IMG/VR virus record: IMGVR_UViG_3300010334_000001
Coordinates: 6,450-70,449 of that record
DNA from: a virus
Strand: one strand, 5' to 3'
Length of the DNA: 64,000 nt
The position numbers and the translations under genes were made by a program. The notes under the pieces were generated by a model. That model had not been told where the DNA came from. It saw only the letters and a list, made by a program, of their open reading frames with translations, and searched no databases. Each line of letters opens with the position of its first letter. Position 1 is the stretch's first letter. This document shows, piece by piece, positions 1-10,835 of the stretch.

Positions 1-5
1 TGACG

Positions 6-893
6 TTGACGTGGCCTGCTATTCCGAATGCCACGGGTTACTTGGTTCAGGTTTCGGGCCAGTCTGCAATTGACGTTGGCAACGTGTTGACGTACTCGGT
101 AACTGGCTTGACCGTGGGAAGTTCGTACACGTTCACGGTTGCCGGTTACGACGCTAGCAACACTTTCTCGGGCATTTGCTCACCCAAAACTCAAACAGTT
201 ACGGCATTCAACGCTGGTTCGGGTGGCACTCTGACGACGGTCACGAATTACAACGGCACAGGTCAGACGTGGAACGTGCACAAATTTACATCTTCTGGAG
301 CTTTCACTGTTACACGAGCCGTAAGTGCATTCAATTTGCTACTTGTGGGAGCCGGATATAACGGAACAGGTTCTTCCACTTCCTCTCAAGTAATCATGTC
401 CGGCGGCAATGGCGGTTATGTTAATAGCACAACTGCCACGTTGTCGGTGGGTTCAAATACGGTAACTGTTGGTGCCGCTAACGGAAATGCCAGCCTTGTT
501 TCTTCGACATCAAGTGCCAGTGGATCAATTGTTGGTAACGGCGGTGGAGCAACCATTATCGGAAATGGCGCGCAATCAGGTGGAAACGGTTATTTGAGCA
601 CTATTACCGGTACTTCAACTTATTACGCCGGTGGCGGTGGCGGTGGCGGTGGCGCAGATGACGGTAACTGCGGATACTCGGGCGCCTCTGGCGGTTCTGG
701 TGGCGGTGGCACTGGAGGGCACGGCTCCGATTTCAATAACAACAATTGCTATTCCAGCGGGTCTGCGGGTACCGCAAACACTGGCGGTGGTGGTGGTGGT
801 GGCGGTAGCGCAGGCGACCGTGGATACAACAGTGGTCATTCCGGTGGTGCTGGCGGTTCGGGCGTTGTCATTATCGCGTACAGGACCGCGTGA
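6..893 (+). CDS. FN3 + glycine-rich domain virion fibre/receptor-binding protein (probably 5'-truncated by the window)
   Basis: N-terminal FN3-like strand pattern (WPAIPNATGYLV...YSVTGLTVGSSYTFTVAGY); Gly-rich domain ending GGSGVVIIAY. Confidence 0.7.
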   Translation: MTWPAIPNATGYLVQVSGQSAIDVGNVLTYSVTGLTVGSSYTFTVAGYDASNTFSGICSPKTQTVTAFNAGSGGTLTTVTNYNGTGQTWNVHKFTSSGAFTVTRAVSAFNLLLVGAGYNGTGSSTSSQVIMSGGNGGYVNSTTATLSVGSNTVTVGAANGNASLVSSTSSASGSIVGNGGGATIIGNGAQSGGNGYLSTITGTSTYYAGGGGGGGGADDGNCGYSGASGGSGGGGTGGHGSDFNNNNCYSSGSAGTANTGGGGGGGGSAGDRGYNSGHSGGAGGSGVVIIAYRTA

Positions 894-1108
894 TGAATCC
901 TGATCTTGATTACGACGATGTCAGTGTCATGACGATGCTGAATCCTTTTGAGGAGTACCTCAGTAGGGCTGACCGTAAGGCACGTCTTGAGGCGTGTAAG
1001 GGATGTGAGTTGTTTAAGTCGTTTACTCGTCAGTGTTCTTCGTGTGGGTGTTTCATGCCGGCGAAGACGTGGCTGGCTCGAGCTAAGTGTCCTCAAGGGG
1101 TGTGGTGA
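890..1108 (+). CDS. small Cys-rich protein (DUF6171-like)
   Basis: RLEACKGC...CSSCGCFMPAKTWL...CPQGVW; translationally coupled to its neighbours. Confidence 0.6.
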   Translation: MMNPDLDYDDVSVMTMLNPFEEYLSRADRKARLEACKGCELFKSFTRQCSSCGCFMPAKTWLARAKCPQGVW

Positions 1109-1110
1109 TT

Positions 1111-2817
1111 GTGGCTATTCAGAAGCTTTCAACAACGTTGAGTACTGGTCCTACGGTGCCTTCGCCTGGTAGTTATGCAGCTATTTCTGGTGGGACGGCT
1201 TCTTCGTATACGTCGAGTGGTGTGACATATAACGTCCAGACTTTTACTGCGTCGGGCACGTTGACTGTCGCTAATTCGGGTGTGGTTGATGTGCTGGTTG
1301 TCGGCGGCGGCGGTGGCGGCTGGACATATGGCAACTCGTCATACCAAGGCGGCGGTGGCGGTGCTGGCGGAATGTGGGACACCACGCAGTCAGGTGGACA
1401 ACCGATTTTTCTGGCGGCTGGAAGTTACACGGTTACCGTTGGAGCGGGTGGACCATACGTTCTTGGCTCAGGAACAATAGTGGTAAATAATGGAACGTAT
1501 TCTGCATTGGGAACTTACACGGTTCCCGGCGGCGGAGGCGGCGGCAATCTTGCTGCCTATGGTCCGGCTCCGGCTGGCGGTTCTGGTGGCGGCACGGGTT
1601 CAGGCAATGGTCCCTATTTGAGTGGATCTGCTATTTCTGGCACTTCTATCGGAAATGCCGGTGGTATTGGTGTGACTGCTGCTGGTGGTGGCGGTGGCGG
1701 CGCTGGATCTGTCGGCGGCAATGGGTCTTCTACTACTGGTGGCGCTGGTGGTTCCGGTAAAGCGTCTTCGATAACTGGCTCCTCTGTCACTTATGCCGGT
1801 GGCGGTGGCGGTTGTGGTTCTGGTGCTGGTGGCGCGGCTGGTTCTGGTGGCGGTAGTGCTGGCGCGGTCGGAAGTGCTGCTTCTAATGCGACTGTGAATA
1901 CAGGTGGCGGTGGCGGCGCTGCGACTTACAACAATGCTTCTGGCAACGGCGGCTCTGGCATTGTCATCGTTCGCACGATCACTGGCATCAGCGGTGCTGG
2001 CCCTGTCGCGTCGGGTGGAACAAGCTCGACGTATGTGGGTAATGGCACGAATGGCGTGAATGGCCGTTCTTATTCGGTGGCGTCGTTTACTGCTTCTGGG
2101 ACGTTTACGGTTACTGCTCCCGGGTTCTTTGATGTGTGCGTTGTGGGCGGAGCGGGAGCCGGTGGTCAACAGTCCACAGGTGCTGGCGCTGGCGGTGGCG
2201 GAGCCGGTGGGATGCTCGACACGACGCAGGCCGGAAACTCGTCGGTGTATTTGGCGACTGGCTCGTACACGGTGATTGTGGGCGCTGGCGGCTCCGGTCA
2301 GTCCTCCAATTACAACGGACAGAACGGCCTCAGCAGCCGCATCGGACCTTTTTATGGCGTTGGAGGTGGAGCAGGTGTGGCGAACGGCAACACAACAGGC
2401 ATGTCTGGCGGCTCTGGTGGTGGTGGAGCGTGGACGCTCGCTGGCGGGACTGGCACAAGCGGACAGGGCAACAACGGCGCTACTGGCGTAAATGTCAGCA
2501 GCACCAACTGGGCCGGTGGTGGTGGTGGTGGAGCGAGCGCCGCAGGCGCAGCAGGCACAGGCACGACGGGCGGCGCTGGCGGTGCTGGACTGGCTTCCTA
2601 CATCACAGGCACAAGCACAACGTATGCCGGTGGCGGTGGAGGCACGGGCTACACCGTCAATGGAGCCGGTGGGACTGGTGGCGGCGGTGCAGCAACTTCC
2701 AGCGGATCGGGCACGGCGGGCACGACAAACACGGGCGGCGGTGGCGGTGCTACTGCTGGAACGACCGGCGGTAACGGTGGCTCGGGCGTCGTCATTATCC
2801 GCTGGGCAACCTCGTAA
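1111..2817 (+). CDS. glycine-rich tail fibre-like protein with two tandem Gly-rich domains
   Basis: Two copies of FTASGT.TV...DV.VVGG.G.GG...GGSG[IV]VI[VI]R; GTG start at 1111 after GGGGTGTGG. Confidence 0.7.
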   Translation: MAIQKLSTTLSTGPTVPSPGSYAAISGGTASSYTSSGVTYNVQTFTASGTLTVANSGVVDVLVVGGGGGGWTYGNSSYQGGGGGAGGMWDTTQSGGQPIFLAAGSYTVTVGAGGPYVLGSGTIVVNNGTYSALGTYTVPGGGGGGNLAAYGPAPAGGSGGGTGSGNGPYLSGSAISGTSIGNAGGIGVTAAGGGGGGAGSVGGNGSSTTGGAGGSGKASSITGSSVTYAGGGGGCGSGAGGAAGSGGGSAGAVGSAASNATVNTGGGGGAATYNNASGNGGSGIVIVRTITGISGAGPVASGGTSSTYVGNGTNGVNGRSYSVASFTASGTFTVTAPGFFDVCVVGGAGAGGQQSTGAGAGGGGAGGMLDTTQAGNSSVYLATGSYTVIVGAGGSGQSSNYNGQNGLSSRIGPFYGVGGGAGVANGNTTGMSGGSGGGGAWTLAGGTGTSGQGNNGATGVNVSSTNWAGGGGGGASAAGAAGTGTTGGAGGAGLASYITGTSTTYAGGGGGTGYTVNGAGGTGGGGAATSSGSGTAGTTNTGGGGGATAGTTGGNGGSGVVIIRWATS

Positions 2818-2852
2818 ACAATCCAACAATCTACCTAAGAAAGGAAACAGTT

Positions 2853-3137
2853 ATGCCATTTCACAACGCGCACGCGGCCAAGGTCAACGAGGACGGGATC
2901 GTTGAGCAGGTCATCGTGATCCCTTACTGCAACGACAATGATGATGAGGTCACGGAGTACTGCAACGCTAACGGTATTCCGGGTCGCTGGCTGGATACCT
3001 CGTTCTTGGGGTCTCGCCGCGGAAAGTACGCCGGGGTTGGGGATCGTTACGACGCGGAGCTTGACGAGTTCGTCAGCCCCGCTCTTCCTGACGATTTCGT
3101 TCCTGCTTCTGCGCCGTCAAAGACGTCAAAGTCGTAA
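2853..3137 (+). CDS. small acidic protein typically adjacent to Gly-rich fibres (possible fibre chaperone)
   Basis: AHAAKVNEDGIVEQVIV...W.DTS...RGKYAGVGDRYD...F pattern; AAGGAAA RBS. Confidence 0.55.
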   Translation: MPFHNAHAAKVNEDGIVEQVIVIPYCNDNDDEVTEYCNANGIPGRWLDTSFLGSRRGKYAGVGDRYDAELDEFVSPALPDDFVPASAPSKTSKS

Positions 3138-3154
3138 CGTGACGGGATTTTGCC

Positions 3155-3448
3155 ATGACAACTATTCAGGCCTTATTTGAAGTAAGCAGCCAAGGTTTCG
3201 ATATGAACGCGGCATCGTCGGTGGCAACTGTTGCCGCTGGTGTTGTCGCAGTTATTGCTGCTGTGTTTCAAATGGTCAGGTTGGCGTCGGCGAAGTTTAC
3301 GCGTGAAGTGACTGAGATTGTGCGGGAGGAGATCGCGAAGGCGACTCAACCTATTCAGCCGGGGTACCGCAATGGCGGGGAGTCGTTGGCTGATATTTCG
3401 CACAACATTGCTCGGCTCCTTGAGCATGCCGGTTTGGACAAGGAGTAG
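3155..3448 (+). CDS. membrane protein (one TM helix), possibly lysis-associated
   Basis: Hydrophobic VATVAAGVVAVIAAVF followed by a helix with NGGESLAD; start could be 3203. Confidence 0.5.
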   Translation: MTTIQALFEVSSQGFDMNAASSVATVAAGVVAVIAAVFQMVRLASAKFTREVTEIVREEIAKATQPIQPGYRNGGESLADISHNIARLLEHAGLDKE

Positions 3449-3450
3449 TT

Positions 3451-3819
3451 ATGCAAGAGCCGGCGTTGATGGACATCACGATTTATCAGGGTGCTTCGTG
3501 GGATTTGTTTTTGACGTGGACTGCTGGTGCTGATCCGGGTGTGCCTGTTGATTTGACGGGCTGGATGGCGGAGATGCAGATCCGTGCGTTGGCGGCAAGT
3601 CGCACGGTGTTACTGACGTTGACCACCAGTAACGATCGCATTGTTCTTGGTGGTGTTGAGGGGACGATTCTGTTGCAGCTTGATGCTGAGACAACAGAGT
3701 CCTTGGAGCAAGGGGTTTTTGTGTACGACCTGGAGTTGAAGGCCGGTAACGGCGGTCAGGTAACACGGCTTCTTGAAGGTTCGGTGACTGTCGATCCGGA
3801 GGTTACGCGGTGGCATTAG
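3451..3819 (+). CDS. LtfC/BppU-like beta-sandwich fibre adaptor protein
   Basis: DITIYQGASWD...PVDLTGW.A.MQIR...YDLEL...RLLEG.V.V.PEVTR. Confidence 0.65.
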   Translation: MQEPALMDITIYQGASWDLFLTWTAGADPGVPVDLTGWMAEMQIRALAASRTVLLTLTTSNDRIVLGGVEGTILLQLDAETTESLEQGVFVYDLELKAGNGGQVTRLLEGSVTVDPEVTRWH

Positions 3820-4040
3820 TCAGTTTTCCGCAGAACAGGCGTTCGCTTGTTGAGGTTGAGCAGGCGTTCGTTATTTCACTATCCAATGTTGGTCCTCAGG
3901 GCATTCCAGGTGTGCCCGGGGGTACGGGTCCTACGGGCCCAACGGGGCCTACGGGTCCTGCGTTTTATGCACCAGCTCAAACAGAAACTCCTACTGCACC
4001 GCGCGATCCCCAACCCGGTGATCGTTGGATCGTTCCCTAA
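3810..4040 (+). CDS. short collagen-repeat protein
   Basis: [23 protein letters not shown]; C-terminal PQPGDRWIV. Confidence 0.6.
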   Translation: MALVSFPQNRRSLVEVEQAFVISLSNVGPQGIPGVPGGTGPTGPTGPTGPAFYAPAQTETPTAPRDPQPGDRWIVP

Positions 4041-4044
4041 ATAG

Positions 4045-4884
<840 letters not shown>

Positions 4885-4911
4885 TTCGTTGCTTCTGGGT
4901 GAGGAAGTGCA

Positions 4912-5067
4912 GTGAGCGATATTCGCTTCTGGGACGGGACCGGTTGGGTCAGCCTTATAGGCCCAACCGGTCCTACCGGACCAATTTTTCAGAACGTTGA
5001 TGCAGGTTCGCCTACCAGTTCCTATGGCGGAGCTCCTGTAATTGATTGCGGAGGAGTTTCAGGCTAA
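4912..5067 (+). CDS. 51-aa mini collagen-associated protein (absent from the ORF track)
   Basis: GTG after GAGGAAG; [24 protein letters not shown]...IDCGGVSG resembles the N-terminus of the 4060 gene; its TAA overlaps the ATG of the next gene. Confidence 0.7.
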   Translation: MSDIRFWDGTGWVSLIGPTGPTGPIFQNVDAGSPTSSYGGAPVIDCGGVSG

Positions 5068-6527
5068 TGGCTGTCAAAGTTCAGTTCCGTCGAGGAACAT
5101 CAGGAGATTGGTCGGGAAGCAATCCGTTGCTTGCCGAAGGCGAAATGGGCCTTGAAACTGACACAGGAAAGTTCAAGGTCGGTAACGGTTCACTGTTGTG
5201 GAATGCGTTGCCGTATTCCTCTGGAGTGACTGGTCCTACGGGTGCAACTGGAGCGACTGGGCCCACGGGTCCTACAGGTCCTACGGGAGCTCAAGGAGTT
5301 ACTGGGCCTACAGGTTCGACTGGGCCCACGGGTCCTACCGGTGCTCAAGGAGTTACCGGTCCTACTGGTCCTACGGGTGATACTGGTCCTTTAGGTAATC
5401 AAGGTCCTCGAGGTTTTACTGGACCTACAGGTTCTACTGGTGACACGGGTCCTACGGGTCCGCAAGGCAACGTAGGTCCTACGGGTGCTACGGGCCCTCA
5501 AGGAAATCTTGGGCCGCAGGGGTACACAGGTCCGACGGGCGCTCAGGGAGTAACAGGACCTACGGGACCTCAAGGCGTTACTGGCCCGCAAGGAAATCAG
5601 GGATACACCGGTCCCACTGGTGATACGGGACCTCAAGGTGCAGCTGGTACGTCGGTCACAATTAAAGGCTCGTACGCAACGTATGCGGCGCTTGTCGCTG
5701 CTCATCCCACCGGTAGTCGAGGGGATGCGTACATTATTGATCCTGATTTGTGGGTGTGGGATGGGTCTGCTTGGCAGAACGTAGGCCAGGTTCAAGGTCC
5801 TACTGGTCCTACTGGTGCTCAAGGTAATCAGGGCGTGACCGGACCTCAGGGCGCTGTTGGAGCGACTGGCCCTACAGGTGCTGGTGGTTCTCAAGGTCCT
5901 ACTGGTCCTCAGGGTGTAACGGGCCCCACGGGTCCGACAGGTCCTCAAGGCAGCGCATCGACGGTTACTGGTCCTACTGGTCCTACGGGTGCTGCTTCAA
6001 CAGTGACAGGCCCTACTGGACCTACTGGGGCAACGGGTTTGACAGGTGCAACTGGTCCGACGGGACCTACTGGTGCGGCATCCACGGTTACTGGTCCTAC
6101 GGGCCCAACAGGTGCTGCTTCTACCGTAACCGGTCCTACAGGTCCAACAGGTCCTCAAGGAGCAGCTTCAACGGTTACGGGGCCCACTGGTCCTACAGGT
6201 GCAGCGTCTACTGTCACCGGTCCTACCGGACCTACCGGTCCTACCGGTCCTCAGGGTGCCGCTAGCACAGTGACTGGCCCTACGGGACCGACTGGTGCTC
6301 AGGGCGCTGCATCAACTGTCACGGGACCAACGGGTCCGACTGGCGCAACTGGTGCCGCTAGCACAGTAACTGGACCTACTGGTCCGACAGGTCCTACGGG
6401 TGCTACTGGTGCGGCGTCAACGGTGACAGGTCCTACAGGCCCTACCGGTGCCACTGGTGCTACGGGTCCTGCGGGTTCGTCGTCTGTTGATCCGACGGTG
6501 ACCGTGATGTTGCTGGGCGGAATGTAG
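5067..6527 (+). CDS. collagen-repeat tail fibre with Mtd_N (major tropism determinant N-terminal)-like domain
   Basis: [11 protein letters not shown]...W...[23 protein letters not shown]...WNALPY, then extensive GPTG/GAASTVT repeats. Confidence 0.85.
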   Translation: MAVKVQFRRGTSGDWSGSNPLLAEGEMGLETDTGKFKVGNGSLLWNALPYSSGVTGPTGATGATGPTGPTGPTGAQGVTGPTGSTGPTGPTGAQGVTGPTGPTGDTGPLGNQGPRGFTGPTGSTGDTGPTGPQGNVGPTGATGPQGNLGPQGYTGPTGAQGVTGPTGPQGVTGPQGNQGYTGPTGDTGPQGAAGTSVTIKGSYATYAALVAAHPTGSRGDAYIIDPDLWVWDGSAWQNVGQVQGPTGPTGAQGNQGVTGPQGAVGATGPTGAGGSQGPTGPQGVTGPTGPTGPQGSASTVTGPTGPTGAASTVTGPTGPTGATGLTGATGPTGPTGAASTVTGPTGPTGAASTVTGPTGPTGPQGAASTVTGPTGPTGAASTVTGPTGPTGPTGPQGAASTVTGPTGPTGAQGAASTVTGPTGPTGATGAASTVTGPTGPTGPTGATGAASTVTGPTGPTGATGATGPAGSSSVDPTVTVMLLGGM

Positions 6528-6611
6528 TGCGTTTGTGGGGGTTTGCGGGTGTCGCCTTGCTTGTGGTGGCGGCTGTCCGCATTGTTTTTCCGTGCTGCTA
6601 GGAGGGGTGTA

Positions 6612-7652
6612 ATGAAGATTGCTGTGTACACGATTGCTAAGAATGAAGAGCAGTTTGTGAGTAGGTGGGCTCAGTCGTGCCAGGACGCTGACTACCGGAT
6701 CATTTTGGATACCGGTTCAACGGATGGGACGGTCGCTGCAGCTGAGGCTGAGGGTGTGTCTGTTTCTGTGCAGACGTTTAGCCCGTGGCGGTTTGATGTG
6801 GCCCGTAACGCCTCGTTGGCGTTGGTGCCTGAAGACGCCGATATTTGTATTGCTTTGGACATGGACGAGGTCATACAACCGGGGTGGCGGGCGCACGTGG
6901 AGAAGGCGTTTGCTGAGGGCGCTACCCGTCCTCGCTACCAGTACACGTGGAGTTGGGTCCGGGAGGGCGTTCCGGGGTTGGTGTATGGCGGGGACAAGAT
7001 GCACGCACGTCATGGCTATTTCTGGCGTCATCCGGTCCATGAGGTTATTACTCCGGCTGGTGTGGAAAAGCAGGTGTGGTGTGGTGCGGAGATTCACCAT
7101 CATCCTGATCACACGAAGTCGCGTAGCCAGTATTTGCCGCTGTTAGAGATGGCGGTGGAAGAAGACCCTACGGATGACCGCAATACCTATTACTTGGCTC
7201 GGGAGTATTTCTATAACCAGCGCATGGACGAAGCCAAGGGTCTGTTTTTGCGGCATTTGGACCTTCCGAAGGCGACATGGAAGCCCGAGCGTGCGGCCTC
7301 GATGAGGTGGTTGTTCAAGATCACCAATGACCAGGAGTGGTTGTTGAAGGCGGCTGCGGAGTGCCCTAATCGTCGGGAGGCGTGGGTGGAGTTGGCTCAG
7401 GTGGCAATGAAGGCCCAAGAGTGGGAATCGTGTTTGCGTTATGCCACTCGAGCGTTGGCGATTAAAGAGCGTCCCTTGGAGTATTTGTCGGAGGCGTTTG
7501 CGTGGGGTGCGGCTCCTCATGATCTGGCTGCGTTGGCGGCATATAAGTGTGGCTATTTTGCTGAGGCTCGACATCAGGGCGTGAAGGCCCTGTGCATGGA
7601 CCCGTACAACAGCAGGCTCGTGGACAACTTGCGCTGGTACGAAGCGGCCTAA
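6612..7652 (+). CDS. GT2 glycosyltransferase with C-terminal TPR-like helices
   Basis: MKIAVYTIAKNEE, DTGSTDGT, RFDVARN.SL, LDMDE (DxD), HPVHE; GGAGGGG RBS before ATG 6612. Confidence 0.85.
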   Translation: MKIAVYTIAKNEEQFVSRWAQSCQDADYRIILDTGSTDGTVAAAEAEGVSVSVQTFSPWRFDVARNASLALVPEDADICIALDMDEVIQPGWRAHVEKAFAEGATRPRYQYTWSWVREGVPGLVYGGDKMHARHGYFWRHPVHEVITPAGVEKQVWCGAEIHHHPDHTKSRSQYLPLLEMAVEEDPTDDRNTYYLAREYFYNQRMDEAKGLFLRHLDLPKATWKPERAASMRWLFKITNDQEWLLKAAAECPNRREAWVELAQVAMKAQEWESCLRYATRALAIKERPLEYLSEAFAWGAAPHDLAALAAYKCGYFAEARHQGVKALCMDPYNSRLVDNLRWYEAA

Positions 7653-7732
7653 AAGGAGCCTCACTTCTCAGCAGGCACGGTGCTTCACTTGGTACTCTCG
7701 TGTATCAGAACGCTTCACGAGAGGGCATCACA

Positions 7733-7960
7733 ATGCTTGATAAGTTCTCACCGCAGTTGCGGCACTTCCTGATCGGTCTGCTGGCGGCGCTTCTTGCTGC
7801 CGCATCTCAGCACATTGGTGATCTGAACCTCAATCCTGCCGTGGGCGCCCTTGTGGGTGCAGCAATCGGTTATGGGTTGCTGTGGATCACTCCTCTGACC
7901 AAGCAGTACGGAGTGGACTCAAACAAGGCCGATGCCCCTAACCAGGGAGATCAGTCATGA
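7733..7960 (+). CDS. holin (two TM helices)
   Basis: Two hydrophobic segments and C-terminal TPLTKQYGV; lies upstream of the endolysin. Confidence 0.65.
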   Translation: MLDKFSPQLRHFLIGLLAALLAAASQHIGDLNLNPAVGALVGAAIGYGLLWITPLTKQYGVDSNKADAPNQGDQS

Positions 7961-8151
7961 AGGTGTACACCACCGAAAGCACCCCCGCTGACGCACCGGA
8001 GCCGGTAGAGGTCGTTGAGCATGCAGCTGAGCACGTGGAAGCAGTTGCCGAAATTCACGAGCACGTTGTTGCTGACTCTGCATCTGACGAGGACGCACCC
8101 CTGACGGACAAGGGCGTAGGACAGTTTTTCGACATTGTTGAGGAGATCTGA
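7957..8151 (+). CDS. small acidic hypothetical protein
   Basis: ATGA overlap with the holin stop; GGGAGA RBS. Confidence 0.55.
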   Translation: MKVYTTESTPADAPEPVEVVEHAAEHVEAVAEIHEHVVADSASDEDAPLTDKGVGQFFDIVEEI

Positions 8152-8152
8152 C

Positions 8153-8563
8153 ATGTCTAATTTCCTTGACAAGACCGTTGATCAGGTCATGGCGTTTTCT
8201 ACCGGCCAAATCACGCATCCCACCCAGTCGTGGCAAGGCATGTGCCAGTCCCATTGCCGGCACGCTTATGGCGTTCCTGCGTGGGCCCCGAGCGCTATTG
8301 CCGCGTGGAAGCGCATTCCGAATGAGTTCAAGCACCGCGGGAAGCCAGAAGATGCTCCTCGAGGCGCAATTCTGTATTACTCAGGCGGAAAGTACGGTCA
8401 CGTGGCGCTGGCAGCAGGCAAGACCACAAAGGACAAGTGCCTGTCGAATGACTACATGCGCCCCACCAAGATCGATTACGCCCCGCGCACATTTCCGCGT
8501 TGGGGACTGACGTATCTGGGATGGTCCAATTGGACCCCGTATGGAGTGTTGAAGCTGTCGTGA
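8153..8563 (+). CDS. endolysin, CHAP/NlpC-P60-type cysteine peptidase (catalytic domain only)
   Basis: GMCQSHC (catalytic Cys), GAILYY.GGKYGHVALA (His), WGLTYLGW. Confidence 0.75.
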   Translation: MSNFLDKTVDQVMAFSTGQITHPTQSWQGMCQSHCRHAYGVPAWAPSAIAAWKRIPNEFKHRGKPEDAPRGAILYYSGGKYGHVALAAGKTTKDKCLSNDYMRPTKIDYAPRTFPRWGLTYLGWSNWTPYGVLKLS

Positions 8564-8793
8564 GCCTTCTTGACGAGATTCGCACTCAACAGGCTGAGCA
8601 TCGCAAGGGTCCACGTTGCAGTGTGTGTGTACTGCTGTCTGGCATGAGTAAAGAAGATCGAGAGGATCTGGAGAAGGCTTTTGCTGATTCCAGTTTGTAC
8701 ACGTCGGTTATTTCTCGTGCTCTTGCCAAGCGTGATGTGAATTTGAAGGATCACGCGATTTCTCGTCATCGGTCCGGTAGGTGCGCGGGCTGA
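8560..8793 (+). CDS. small Zn-binding/HTH-like protein
   Basis: CSVC...SVISRAL...ISRHRSGRC; GTGA/TGATG coupling on both sides. Confidence 0.6.
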   Translation: MSLLDEIRTQQAEHRKGPRCSVCVLLSGMSKEDREDLEKAFADSSLYTSVISRALAKRDVNLKDHAISRHRSGRCAG

Positions 8794-9818
8794 TGGGGGC
8801 TTTGGCTGACGACATTGTTGAGCAGGCTGATAGTGACCAGTTGCGGGTGGCGCTTGAGCGTACGCAACGCCAGTTGGCTCAGGCGCGTCAGCGCAATGAC
8901 CGATTGGCTTCTGTCGTGGTGGAGTCTGTTCGTGACGCTGTTTTGGCTCACCCGTTGGACAGGGTTATCAAACCTGCGGCGGACCGCCGTAAGAAGAATG
9001 CGGAAACGGCCCTGTGGCATATGACGGACTGGCAGGGAGCCAAGCTCACTCCTTCCTATAACTCTCAGGTCATGCGCGAGCGTGTTCTGCGGTTTGTGGA
9101 TAAGGCTGAGCGGATCACTGAGATTCAGCGCGCCGATCATCCCGTCAATGATTGTGTGATTGCTTTCGGTGGGGACATGATCGAGGGGCTGTTCAATTTC
9201 CCAACGCAGCCGTTTGAGATTGATGCGACGTTGTTTGAGCAGTTCGTGCGGGTATCGAATTTGATGGTGGAAGTTGTCCGCCGTGCTTTGTCTATTTACG
9301 ACAAGGTTGAGGTCGTGGCTGAGTGGGGTAACCATGGGCGCCTGGGCTCGAAGCGAGACGCGGTTCCCCGTCACGATAACGCGGATCGTATGACGTACGA
9401 GTTGGCTCGTCAGGTGTTGATTGCGTCAGGCACAGACCGGCTGGTGTGGCATGACTGCCCGGAAGATATTCAACGCATTGAAATAGGTAACTATCGTGCG
9501 CTGCTCATTCATGGCGACGAGATCGGTCGTAACGGGTATGCCAGCGGCAATACCATCGTCAATCACGTCAATCGATGGCGGTCAGGTTCGTACGCGTGGG
9601 ACTTCCGTGACGTCTACGTCGGGCACTATCACACCCATTACCAGTCCAGTTTGGCTGATGGTTCAGGGGCTGTGTACGGGACGGGGTCAACGGAGAGCGA
9701 TAACCGGTACGCATCGGTCGGGTTAGCGTCGTCTGCTATTCCGTCTCAAAGGCTCCATTTTGTGGACCCGAAAGGTGGGCGAGTGAGCGCCCAGTACCAG
9801 GTGTGGCTTGATGTCTGA
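8793..9818 (+). CDS. calcineurin-like metallophosphoesterase with N-terminal coiled coil
   Basis: TDWQ, GGDMIEG, GNHGR, IHGD, GHYH motifs. Confidence 0.8.
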   Translation: MGALADDIVEQADSDQLRVALERTQRQLAQARQRNDRLASVVVESVRDAVLAHPLDRVIKPAADRRKKNAETALWHMTDWQGAKLTPSYNSQVMRERVLRFVDKAERITEIQRADHPVNDCVIAFGGDMIEGLFNFPTQPFEIDATLFEQFVRVSNLMVEVVRRALSIYDKVEVVAEWGNHGRLGSKRDAVPRHDNADRMTYELARQVLIASGTDRLVWHDCPEDIQRIEIGNYRALLIHGDEIGRNGYASGNTIVNHVNRWRSGSYAWDFRDVYVGHYHTHYQSSLADGSGAVYGTGSTESDNRYASVGLASSAIPSQRLHFVDPKGGRVSAQYQVWLDV

Positions 9819-10047
9819 GGATGTTGTGGCTACGAGAGCCCAGTCGTATGGGGATGCGCGTCCCAACATGGTGAGGACGGCCAAGTTGTGGTCGGCCTAT
9901 TTGGGTGTGCCGGTGTCAGCTCATGACGTGGCCATGTGCATGATTTTGGTGAAATGCTCACGGGCGTCGGTCAGCCATCATGCTGATAATTACCTCGATA
10001 TTCGGGGGTATTCCGTGATTGCTGAGTCTCTTTCCGAGGGCCGGTGA
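9811..10047 (+). CDS. DUF6378-like protein
   Basis: RAQSYGD...TAKLWSAYLG...AHDVAMCMILVK.SR...DNYLDI.GY. Confidence 0.8.
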   Translation: MSEDVVATRAQSYGDARPNMVRTAKLWSAYLGVPVSAHDVAMCMILVKCSRASVSHHADNYLDIRGYSVIAESLSEGR

Positions 10048-10050
10048 GGT

Positions 10051-10284
10051 GTGGCTCGGGTCAAGATCGTGGCGGGAGCGATTCAGGTCACGGTCGATGG
10101 GATTGAGTACACGCGCCGGCAGGTAACGGCGCTACTGGATCACACGGTTGCTTTGGCGGCGGTTCTTGAGGTGAGTGAAGAGCTCGCAAGTTCTGAATCT
10201 TCTGGGACACCGATTGGGTTTACGGCCACGGTGGAAAGGGCTACGGAGTTCGTGGAGCCGTTGTGGTTTGACAATGAGGAATAG
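10051..10284 (+). CDS. hypothetical protein
   Basis: ORF after GAGG RBS; C-terminal PIGF. Confidence 0.55.
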   Translation: MARVKIVAGAIQVTVDGIEYTRRQVTALLDHTVALAAVLEVSEELASSESSGTPIGFTATVERATEFVEPLWFDNEE

Positions 10285-10372
10285 GTTTACCGATACCTAG
10301 TCTGTGTCTCAGGATGCCTTTTATGGGGCATTGTGAGGCACTACTCTTGTCTTTGAGACGAGGAGGGTTCTG

Positions 10373-10816
10373 ATGGACGAGCTTGTGGAGTGCCTGCGCC
10401 GGCTGTTAGCCAGCAACGTGGCGTTCGCCTACAAGGCCAAGGGCTACCACTGGAATGTCATGGGGCCGAATTTTCCCCAGTTTCATGAGTTCTACGGCAA
10501 CTTGTATGAGGACTTAGACGAAGCCGTGGACCCTATTGCGGAGAACATTCGCAAGTGCGGTGCTTTGGTGGCCCCCACGGTTCAGGAAATCGTTGCGCCC
10601 TCAATCGTGGGGTCGTTGGACCCGGGTACCGATCCGATCAAGATGGCTGAGGATGCGCTGGCGGCTAATCAGGCAGTGGTTGATTGCCTGTATGAGGCTT
10701 TTGATGCAGCCGAGGACGTCAATCTTGAGGGGTTAATGAATTTCCTTGCGGACCGTATTGATACCCACAGTAAGCATGCCTGGATGCTGTCGTCGATTGT
10801 GGGTCGTCAAGTTTAG
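10373..10816 (+). CDS. dps: Dps / ferritin-like DNA-protection protein
   Basis: YHWNVMGPNFPQFHEFYG.LYE...D.IAENIR ferroxidase signature; HSKHAWML; GAGGAGG RBS. Confidence 0.92.
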   Translation: MDELVECLRRLLASNVAFAYKAKGYHWNVMGPNFPQFHEFYGNLYEDLDEAVDPIAENIRKCGALVAPTVQEIVAPSIVGSLDPGTDPIKMAEDALAANQAVVDCLYEAFDAAEDVNLEGLMNFLADRIDTHSKHAWMLSSIVGRQV

Positions 10817-10819
10817 TAA

Positions 10820-10835
10820 TGTTTCACGTGGAACA
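10820..10835. promoter_or_regulatory. parS-like centromere site TGTTTCACGTGGAACA
   Basis: Reverse complement TGTTCCACGTGAAACA matches the ParB/Spo0J consensus TGTTNCACGTGAAACA; embedded in a 22-bp near-perfect palindrome at 10817-10838. Confidence 0.7.

Noticed and set aside
1600-2829. Long antisense ORFs (e.g. 1600-2829, 3991-4806, 27067-28026)
   Set aside because: Shadow ORFs caused by GC-rich or biased codon usage of the sense genes; no RBS or recognisable motifs.
5067-6527. Diversity-generating retroelement suggested by the Mtd_N-like domain
   Set aside because: No reverse transcriptase and no adenine-variant TR/VR pair seen in the window; Mtd_N is a generic fibre module.
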